From Felis catus (taxonomy: Eukaryota), in NCBI RefSeq assembly GCF_018350175.1, contig NC_058382.1, positions 60,452,001-60,516,000 on the forward strand: a DNA stretch of 64,000 nt, given 5' to 3'. A program made the position numbers and the translations under genes. Positions 54,961 to 64,000 of this stretch are shown piece after piece (position 1 is the stretch's first letter; the number at the start of each line of letters is the position of its first letter). The notes below the pieces were generated by a model. The model did no database searches. It was not told the DNA's origin and was given only the letters and a program-made list of their open reading frames with translations.

Positions 54961-57900
54961 CACACGGTGCCCTACCACAAAATAAGTTTTCGAGGCCTGG
55001 AACCAAGTCGGCTCCGGGGGCCAGTTTGGACTCTGACTGTCGTTAACCAAGCTTGAGCTGGAATCACCCACGGAGACGGGAGCTGGCGCTGGGCCCCCAG
55101 ACCCCTCCCCTCCCTGGCCTCAAAGCCCAGCTCCAGGGACACCGCAGGGCCAGGCGGGCTGATGGGCAGAGGGGGGCGGCTGCCCTTTGCTGATGCCAGG
55201 GGGACCAGGAGCCCTTGCTTATACTCAGGGACCACAAAACCCACAGCAGACGCCTCTCGGTTGCTATGGAAACACGGTGCAGACAGCATCCTGGTTTGGG
55301 GGGCCTTGCTGTGACGGATGTTGTCCCCTGAGCCCCAGGACGGCCAGGGGCCAGTTCCTTCCTCGCCTAGGGTCTCAGTTTCCCTGCTGTGAAACGAGAA
55401 CTCTGTTCTGCTTAGTGGCCCTCAGCCTCTGGGCAGGGCCCTGGGGGCCTCAGCCGCAGGCTGGGAGCCATACCTGCGTGGTGGCTACAGGCGCAGGGCT
55501 GTGTGCAGGAGACACCCCTGAGCTAGGTCCCCACCCCAGCTCTCTGAAAGACAGTCACGGCATCCCAGGAATTCTCCTCTCCCCCCCCCCCAGACCCCGG
55601 AGAGGCTGAGGCTCCAGAGGCAGCATGACCTCCCAGCCACTTTGCCCCCTAGCACAGCCCTAACCCCCCACCGCCCCCCGCTTCTCCCCAGCCTCTGTCC
55701 CCCCCAAGCTCTAACGTGGCCCCCTAGCACAGCTCTAACTTGGGGAGCCACCACTGGGGAGTCAGGAGGGACGGGAGTGGCACCCCAGCTCGAGTCCCTA
55801 GCCAGCACATGCCAGCCACTCAACCCCAGGACAGGCTCAGGTTGGGGTGAGTCCCCAGAGCCTTCTCCTTGGGTGACGGAGCCGCATCACCGCCCACCTC
55901 CGGGACAATTCCTGTGCAGTCACCAAATCTCTCTGCTTAAACCAGATGGAGTCGGGGGCCCGACACGTGCAACTGTGTCCTCCCGAATAAACTCTGGGAG
56001 CTCTGTGCCCAGTCTGGGTGGAGGCCTTTCAATCCTCCCTCCCCGGATGCTCCCGCCGGCCCACAGGTATGGTCTGGGCCAGTGTCCCCACGCTCCTCAG
56101 TGCGGGGGGGGGGGGGGGGGAGCGGCAGGGGGGGAGCCCGAGTCAGCACCTAGTCCTTGCAGGGAGGAGGAAGGAGATGCCCTCCCGCTCATAAAAGCCA
56201 AAATGGGCGCAGGGGGACAGGAGCCTTCAGAAAACGGCACCACCTCAAACGGACAGCGGCCCGCGCCACGGTTTTGAAGCGACCCTGGCTTGGCTCCTGT
56301 TCTGCCACAGGAGAAGGGGAGGGTGCTGTCACCAAGAGATGGCCTGAGAATGTTCCGGAACCCAGCAAGGCAGCAGGTGGGCTGGCCACCCCCAGCCTGC
56401 CCCCAAGGCGGTTCCCTGGCTTCTAGGACAACACGGGATAATCCACAGGTGTGCAAAGCAAGGGGGCTGGGAGCCAATCAGGGGCCATCTGCATATGTTT
56501 GCATGTTAATCAGTCTCCCGGTTGAGGGTTCTACCCGGCGTTTTTCCCTGCAATTTCTTTAGTTCATGTGTCCCCAGGCCCTGGTGACCCTCCGGGACCA
56601 CTCCGTTCACGACGCAGAGCAGTGAGGACACCCTAAGGCCTGTTCAGCCCGGGGTCTCTAGTCCCCTGACCCAGACGAGCTTTGGCTGCTAACACGGCCC
56701 CACCTCGAGGACGGAGCCGGCTTCCCCCCACCGCCCTCACCAGGGCCCCGAGGAGAGGGACCTCCTCGAGCCCTCCCGACCTACACACGGCCCGGGGTGA
56801 GCCCTGGACCCACAGGTGGGGGACCTTCACGCCACCAGCACTAGCGCCAAGAATTCCAAAGCACAAACCGGTCACTACCCTCCTGCATTTTCAGGCTCCA
56901 ACAAGAAAGAAGCCACCTAAGTCAACAACCGAGCACAAGGCGGCAAGTGTTAGGGTCTTAGGAGGGGTGGGAACAGAAGTCATGACGCCGAGGGCTGCCC
57001 CGGGGGCTTCCTGGAGGAGGTTCCTGGCAGGGGCGACCCCCCAGTGGCCGCTTGTAAAGCTCCCCAAAGCCAAGAGCAGTGTCCCCTCGGCCACACAGGC
57101 CGCCCCCCCCCCGGGAGCACAGGGAACTGCAGACAGGTGTCTTACCTCCACGAGGGGCCACACGGTGCTCCTGGGGGGGACCTCAGGCGGCTCTAACCGC
57201 CAGCGGCCCCGCCCGATCCTGTGACATCGAAACGCTGTAGTGAAAACGGCGAAACGGAGGCCTCGGAGCCGGCGGGTCACGCGGGGGACTGGGCGGAACC
57301 TTACGAGGCACACCTGCCAGCCCCGCCCACCGCGGGGGAGGGCCGCGAGAAAGGGCCACGCGGGGAGCCCGCGCCTCGCGTTCCGTGGGCAGACAGGGTG
57401 GGGGTGGGGGGCGCCGGGCTGTGCGGGACCAGGGGCTGCTGGGAAAGACGCCAAAGGCTACGCATGGGACGCCGGAGACAGAACCGGAAGCGGAACCTGG
57501 GCTCCATTCAGGCCGCTGCGATAGGACGGGCGCCCTTAAGGGTGCTTAATGCGTCGGCACCTGCAGGGAATGAACGCAAGGCCGGGCCCCGGGGCTTCCC
57601 GGGCCTCACACTTGCCGCGGGGGCCACCACCAGCGCTCTCTGGGCACAGGTTCTGGGCTGGTCCAGGGACACACACTCGCCCCCCGGGGTGGCGCGGGCC
57701 TGGCCGCCGCGCCCACGCCCATGGCCAGTAGCCCCTCTGGCGGTCCTCACCGGGACAGCACGCGTCCGAGCCGTAGCAGAGTGAACTTCGTGCAGAAATC
57801 AGAACTCAACACGTCCGTGCGGATTTCACGGCCCAGCTGAGCCCACCAGTTACCCAAAGCTTCTCCGCTTTTAGCCACTTGGGCTGGGAAACAGATCCAG

Positions 57901-58030
57901 AGCGTCGTGCATGGTCCCTGTGGCCTTGAACAGGGGGCTTGCCCCCTAGTGGGCGCCGTCCTGTCATCCTCTGGCCTCAGGGGCTTGGCCAGCTGGCGAC
58001 ACTCACACCTCCTCCCAATCAGCTCCCCGT

Positions 58031-58216
58031 AAGTGGAATTTAAGAAGCAAAACATTAACATAGGGGAAGGGAAAGAAAAAGACGATTAAAACAGGGAGGC
58101 AAAACAGAAGAGTGTTGTACGTAAGGGATGAATCTCTGGTTTCTACTCCGAAACCAATACTGCACTGTATATTAAGTAACTTGAATTTAAATAAATTTTA
58201 AAAAAGAAAAAGAAAA
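58031..58216 (+). mobile_element. Carnivore L1 3'UTR end with poly-A
   Basis: ggaatttaagaagcaaaaca..aacataggggaagggaa..; gatgaatctctggtttctactccgaaaccaatactgcactgtatattaagtaacttgaatttaaataaa followed by an A-rich tail. Confidence 0.8.
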
Positions 58217-59539
58217 TTTTCTGCTTTTAACGGACACCACAGAGGCCAGGAGGAAAGTGACCTCAGAAGCAACAGGGACAGGGTCGGGGATGCGAGCCCA
58301 TCTCGGGGGTCAGGAGAGCAAGGGCTCACCTCCAGGAGACAGGCGGCTGCCTGCCTAGAGGGGTCCAGGCCTCACACACATAGGGGTGAGAGTGCCGGGC
58401 AGAGCCCGGAGCCCAGAGCCCCCCATCATTAAGGATCACCACACAGGGCTGGTCCTGCCTCCTCAGTGGCTCCTCACTAGCCCCAGTCCCCGCCCCCCCA
58501 GCTCCTGCTTAGCAGCGGGATCAGGAAGGGGCCAGCCCCGCTGGCCCCTTCAGGGGGCACACTCTTCCAGCTGGGGCACCAGGGCATTGGGGCGGTCTGG
58601 CGTGGGGGCTCCCCTACCCCATGAAGCGTCTCTGGGTATCAGCGGTGGAAGCTGGGTCCCCTCTCGATGTGGCCCCAGGTAGTCTCTATCCACATTGGGA
58701 GACAGTCCCCGGGCGGGCTGCACCCACCACTGAAGGCCATGTTGACAGGGACCGGAAGCAAGGTACCGTGACACCCTCGGGGCATCCCCCCTACGAAGAG
58801 ATGCTCAGCGTTACAAGCTGTACAGATCTCCCACCCGGGGGCTAACGGCCCTCCGATTCCCACATGGAGTGCAGACTTGAACATCCAGCATTTGGACCCA
58901 GGACACCCGACTGTCCTAGTTCATGGGGAAGGAAGCCATCAGCAAAGAGGGTGTCTGCCCCTGTCCTGGCCCGGTGGACAGGTGGGCGGGGCCGACACCT
59001 GCAGGACCCAGCTCACGAGCAGAGAGAGGTAGGGCACTGGGCAGAAGGAGGGCAGCCCTCAGACGCTGCCGGAAGAAGGTTCCTGTGGCCGGGGCGGTGG
59101 CCCTGCTGCCTGAGGACCCGAGCCCTCACTCCTGTCGGCCAGCACCTTCTGGGAGGGGTCGCTGGGACCACACTGGAGCTGGTGGCTGTGCACTGCTGTC
59201 CCTCCCCTGCCTTACACCTGCACAGGCGCAGGAAGGCTGACCAGACCTTCCGTGACCTGAGGTTGTCAGCGCTGGGGCTGACCACACTGTTGGTGTGGAC
59301 GCAGGGGCAGCACAAGGGAAGCACCTGGGGGTCCAGGAAGGGCCGGGCCACAAGGGGCTTGAGCAGCAGCAGCGTGCAGTAGGTCACGCACAGGACGACA
59401 GAGAGCGGCATCTTGGTGACCTGTGGGAGATGGGCTCAGGCTGGGGGCCGCTCACACACCACAGGAAGGTGTGGCCACAACTCCCGCCTCGGAGCTGTTT
59501 GCGGAGTAGTGATGAGAATATTCCTAAAACAGTGACTCA

Positions 59540-59757
59540 GGGGCGCCTGGGGGGCTCAGTCGGTTAAGCGTCCGACTTTGGCTCAGGTTATGATTTCATG
59601 CTGCGTGGGTTCGGGCCCCGCATCGGGCTCTGTGCTGACAGCTCAGAGCCTGGAGCCTGCTTCGGATTCTGGGTCTCCCCCTCTCTCTCTCTGCCCCTCC
59701 CCTGATCGCGCTCTGTCTCTCTGTCTGTGTCTCAAAAGTAGATAAACATTAAAAAAG
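59540..59757 (+). mobile_element. CAN-SINE (SINEC_Fc-like), full length with perfect 12-bp TSD
   Basis: ggggcgcctggggggctcagtcggttaagcgtccgactttggctcagg..gctctgtgctgacagctcagagcctggagcctgcttcggattct..(ct)n..aaacattaaaaaa; TSD aaaacagtgact at 59526-59537 and 59758-59769. Confidence 0.95.
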
Positions 59758-60749
59758 AAAACAGTGACTTAAACTCCTACTGCATATCTGCTGGGCATCA
59801 TGCGACGTCCCCGGCTGGCCTGGTGGATAAGATCACGAAATAGTTCCGTCTCGGGGGGCACCCGGTCACTGCCCTGTGTCCCCAGGTGCACCCTGCCCCC
59901 AGACCGCTTAGATTCCCAGCTGGCAAAGGCTGATGCCTGGGACGGGGCCTGGGGGCCCCACGCAGCCGGGAGCACTGGACGGGTTCCCTCGAGATGGTGC
60001 CGTCACGGTCTCCCCTTTGGGGACCAGGAAGCAGAGCTCGGAGGGCTGAGAGAACTCACGGCACGGCATCGCGAGCCCGCCTCCCCCAAAGCCCATCGCG
60101 CTCGTGACCGTCTGGACGGCCCCTTTCAGTGCAGCTGCCCCCCTCTGGGCGGGACCCCCGCCCGCACCCCATCCCACCCCTTCAGTTCAGGAGTGCGCCA
60201 CCAGACCCAGAGAGACCTAGGGGGGTTCGAAGCCCACCCCCATGCAGCCCAGGACAGTCCGGTGTCTGAGGGAGTTGGGGTCACCGGAGAGGGGAAGGGG
60301 CACGTGTCCAGGCCTCTGGGGGACAGCCACCGGCCTGGCCCAGGTAAGGAGCCTTTTGGGGGGGGGCTCAGAGCTGAGGGGAGGTCTCCAGGTGGCCCCT
60401 CGTCCGTTCTGGGGCCGGCCTCTCCCTGCCACTGTCTCCAGGGCCCAGAGGCAGCAGCGGGTGAGGGTGTCGGTGCTGGGTTTGCAGGACCAAGGGACAT
60501 CCCAGCTCCCGGGCTCCTGCTGTGTGACCTGGGCCGCCTGCTCGCTGAGCCTCTTTGAGCCTCCCTCTCCAGTCACAGCGTCAGGACAGCAAACTCCTTC
60601 CCGAACTGTGGCGAGAAGGGGGACCATGCAGTCAGCACTGTCTTTTGCCCCCGAAAGTGTGACCACCTGTGTGACCAGAGCTCTGAGTCCGGGGCCACAC
60701 TGCGCCCTGAGTGTGGACACGCGTCTTTGCCACTCTGTGCACCTGGCTA

Positions 60750-60987
60750 TGTCTCTCCATGTCTCTGTGTCTCTCTGTATCTCTCTGTCTCTCTATCTCT
60801 TTCTGTCTCTGTGTGTCTCTCTGTATCTATTTTCTCTGTCTCTCTTTCTCTCTATCTTTGTCTCTATTTCTATATCTCTTATTATCTCTGTCCCTCCCTA
60901 TCTCTCTCTATCTCTCGATCTCTTACTCTCTGTCTCCATCTCTCTCTCTATCTCTCTCTGTCTCTCTTTCCTCTCACATCTCTCTTG
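60750..60987 (+). repeat. (CT/TC)-rich low-complexity tract
   Basis: tctctgtgtctctctgtatctctctgtctctctatctctttctgtctc.. for about 240 bp. Confidence 0.9.
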
Positions 60988-61280
60988 CTGGGTCACAGGT
61001 GTCCCCTCTGCTCAGTCCTCCCCCTGCCTCCGTCTTTCTGAGCACACCTGTCTCGGGCTGTCTCCCACGGCCTGTCTCAGAGACCCCCATGGCTTCCTCG
61101 CTCCCTGCAGTCGAACTCACAAGCACCCCCAACCCCGCCATTCACGCCAGGCCAGTGCGCCCGGCCCGCTTCTCAGGGGCCCCCCACGCCCCCCCCCCAG
61201 TGCTTTCTGGTACATGCCTCTCCCCTAAGCCCTGTCCTGCCTCACCTCCCCCCCGCCCCCCACAGGCTATGTGTGTGCGC

Positions 61281-62445
61281 CTGCCCGTGCCCTGTGCTCT
61301 GTGCCCCGTGCTCCATGCCCTGTGATCTGTGCCCCGTGCTCTTGTGCCCCGTGCCCCATGCCCCGTGCTCCATGCCCATGGCCTGTGCTCCCGTGCCCCG
61401 TGCCCCGCGCCCCATGCTCCGTGCCCCGTGCTCCATGTCCTGTGCTCTATGCTCTGTGCTCCATACTCCCGTGCTCTGTGCCCCATGTTGCATGCCCAGT
61501 GGCCTGTGCCCTGTGCCCCGTGCCCTGTGCTCCCGTGCCCCGTGCCCGATACTCCCGTGCTCCATGCCCCGTGCCCCATGCCCCATGCTCCGTGCTCTAT
61601 GTCCTGTGCTCTATGCTCCGTGCTCCGTACTCCTGTGCCCCGTGCCCTGTGCCCTATGCTCTGTGCTCCATGCCCCATGCTCTGTGCTCCCGTGCCCTGT
61701 GCCCCATGCTCCATGCCCCATGCCCCATGCTCTGTGCTCCCGTGCCCTGTGCCCCATGCTCCATGCCCCATGCCCCATGCTCTGTGCTCCCGTGCCCTGT
61801 GCCCCATGCTCCATGCCCCGTGCCCCATGCTCTGTGCTCCCGTGCCCTGTGCCCCATGCTCCCGTGCCCCGTGCCCCATGCTCTGTGCTCCCGTGCCCTG
61901 TGCCCCATGCTCCCGTGCCCCGTGCTTCTGTGCTCCATGCTCCCGTGCTCCGTGCCCCGTGCTCTCGTGCCCTGTGCTCCATGCCCCGTGCTCTGTGACC
62001 CATGCTCCGTGCCCCGTGCCCTCATGCTCTGTGCCCCGTGCCCCATGCTCCTGTGCCCTGTGCTCCGTGCCCCATGCCCCATGCCCTGTGCCCCGTGCCC
62101 TGTGCTCCTGTGCCCTGTGCACCATGCCCCGTGCTCCGTGTTCTATGCCCTGTGCTCCTGTGCTCCGTGCCTTGTGCCCCATGCTCTGTGCACCATGCTT
62201 TGTGCCCCATGCCCTGTGCCCTGTGCCCCGTGCCCCCATACCCCATGTCCCGTGCCCCATGCTCTCGTGCTCTGTGCCCCATGCTCTGTGCCCCGTGCCC
62301 TGTGCCCCCGTGCCCCGTGCTCTATGCCCCGTGCCCTGTGCTCCCGTGCCCCGTGCTCCATGCCCCATGCCCCGTGTTCCGTGCCCCGTGCTCCATGCCC
62401 CGTGCCCTGTGCCCCTTGCTCTGTGCCCCATGCCCCATGCTCTCC
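61281..62445 (+). repeat. Heptamer-based satellite (TGCYCYR)n, about 1.17 kb, with a 50-bp higher-order unit
   Basis: tgccccg/tgctcca/tgccctg/tgctctg units; tctgtgctcccgtgccctgtgccccatgct recurs at 61681, 61731, 61781, 61831. Confidence 0.95.
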
Positions 62446-63619
62446 AGTGCCAGGGCCCAGAACTGAGTGGGGGCTGAGCAGTCACCCGGTGAGTGAACAG
62501 ACGCACGCCTGGCTTCATCCTCTTTCTGCCCAGTTCTGCCTCTGCCCCATCTCCCCGCCCCTCTGCCTACCAACCCCTCCTTTCACACTGCCCCCCCTCT
62601 GCCAGGTCCACTGGAGACCTCACGTACCTGCTTCCTGGAAGACCAGAAGTCTTTAGACCCGGCCCCTGGGGCCGCCTCTCCTGGGTCCCCACCTCCTGCT
62701 AGGCCTCACCGTCCCCTGTGGTGGGGCAGGTGGGACCGTGCGCTCCAGAACAAGGTCCTTCCGATGAGCCCGTACAGGACCGTGGCCACCAGCAGGGGAG
62801 TGAGGGCGAAGACGGGGAGTCCAGCAGGCGGATGGGCAGAGAGAGGCTGTCGGACTCCTTGTAGACGCACTGAAGGCCCTGCCTCTCACGGACGCTGGGG
62901 TTCCCCAGGAAGAACCAGAGAGGCAGTGGTCACACGTGCCCCCCCCCCAGATGCCCACGATGAGCCACTTGGCCCGGGGCCACGGTGCACGCAGTCTGCG
63001 CCCGCGTTGGGTGGCAGATGGCGACGTGCCTGCAGCCACAAGGCGGCCGTGTTGGGCCCTGGGGCCGCGGGATCAGGTGAGCCCTGTGCGTGCACGTGTG
63101 TGTGCATGACCAGCTTGGCCCGTCAGGTTCCCCATCTGGTCCTGTCACAGAAGAAGTCGAGGGCCACGGGGATTTAGGGCGCTAGGTGGCAACCTCGAGG
63201 GCTGGAGGAGCAGGGTGCCGGTCCTGAGGGGAGGGTGGGAGGACGTGTGGGAGGGGCTGCCCCGAGGGCCGTGTCCCCTGAGGCCCACCGGGCTCAGCCA
63301 CGTCTGCCGCAGGCCCAGGGACCCCAGTGTCCTTTCACAGACCTCCGACCTCTGCAAGAGCTCCAGTGAGTTTTTAGTTGCCAGCCCCCAAAGGTCTCTA
63401 ACTGAGGCAGCCAAAGACATCACACACCCCTCGTCCACCGGCTCAGAGCCTAGACCGGGGTCCCCAGCCTGCCATGCCTAGGCCACGGGATCAACCAGCG
63501 TGGGCCGGTGGCGGAGGCCCCTGGACTCCAGGCAGCGACAGCCCAGGAAAGTCAGGACCGGGCCAGAATTTGGATGCCAGAGGCCTCAATGGTGCCCCCA
63601 TTCTGTGTGGCCCTGGACG

Positions 63620-63900
63620 AGCCACTTAGCCTCTGAGCCAGCCTGCCCAAGACCACGCAGCTAGGAAGGGGCGGAGCCGGGTTTGAACCCAGTCAGCGGG
63701 CTTCAGAACCCACACGCTCAACTCTGGGCTACATTGCCCCTCGGGGCTAACATCAAAGCTGGAAGGAGCCCACGAGAACGTCCAGTGCAAATGCCCACTT
63801 CCCAGATGGGGAAACCGAGGTCCAGAGGAATGTAGGATCACTTGGCATCTCGTGGCAAGTTAGCAGCGGAGTTGAGGGAAGAGCCCCTCTGACTCCGGGC
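63620..63900 (-). mobile_element. MIR SINE fragments
   Basis: gcccaagaccacgcagctaggaaggggcggagccgggtttgaacccagtc and cccacttcccagatggggaaaccgaggtccagagg..gttagcagcggagttg. Confidence 0.6.
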
Positions 63901-64000
63901 CTCCCGGGGCCTCACCCCTGCTCCCCTCTCTGGACACGGGGAACAGGCCTTCCCGTTCAGCCGAGGCTCAGCGTCCAAGGATCCCGGGCGGGAAGTGCTG

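Noticed and set aside
55646..55739. Degenerate direct repeat cccctagcacagcYctaac
   Set aside because: Only two to three imperfect copies; not telomeric TTAGGG repeat and no other support.
59540..59620. tRNA-like A/B box sequence
   Set aside because: This is the tRNA-derived head of a CAN-SINE, not a tRNA gene; same for the other SINEs.
60242..61325. Hydrophobic Leu/Ser-rich ORFs that look transmembrane
   Set aside because: Translation of the CT low-complexity tract.
61142..62656. Cys/Pro-rich ORFs (461, 382 aa) resembling keratin-associated proteins, and His/Gly-rich antisense ORFs
   Set aside because: Produced by a 7-bp satellite that gives similar peptides in all three frames, unlike a real codon-based repeat.
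9270..63195. Several CTCF-like matches (about 9273, 13636, 20148, 63179)
   Set aside because: All have core mismatches, and such matches are common by chance at this GC content.
40000..64000. A second protein-coding gene or promoter of the next gene
   Set aside because: No exon chain with recognisable protein motifs and no clear promoter CpG island was found; the region reads as repeat-rich intergenic DNA.

Overview
Mammalian genomic DNA, very GC-rich. Feliform carnivore (cat-like) origin is inferred from tRNA-derived CAN-SINEs with the SINEC_Fc-type layout and carnivore L1 3' ends. Bases 1-38.7k hold the 3' eight coding exons (exons 3-10 by human numbering) of ZFPM1/FOG1, the GATA1 cofactor, on the + strand: join(2118..2240,23926..24059,31008..31110,32722..32934,35754..35984,36274..36369,36440..36586,36783..38566). 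All junctions are GT-AG and phase-consistent, giving 943 residues with the PR-like region, nine zinc fingers and the PIDLS CtBP motif. Exons 1-2 (the NuRD-binding N-terminus) lie upstream of the window. Introns 2-4 carry a series of AT-rich, GATA-motif-dense islands (likely enhancers) and a 1.45 kb G-rich minisatellite. Bases 40-64k look intergenic: MaLR LTRs, old and young L1 fragments, SINEs, and a 1.7 kb pyrimidine-skewed repeat block. Nearly all other ORFs in the supplied track are artefacts of high GC. Best leads for something undescribed: (i) a 70-nt intron 8 that folds end-to-end like a mirtron; (ii) introns 8 and 9 are each stop-free when retained and converge on the same last-exon stop, predicting truncated FOG1 isoforms with no downstream exon junction; (iii) many CpG-containing CGATA-type GATA sites; (iv) strong AT-to-GC drift of ancient repeats. 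Comparisons with human ZFPM1 and with repeat consensi are from memory and need alignment to confirm.
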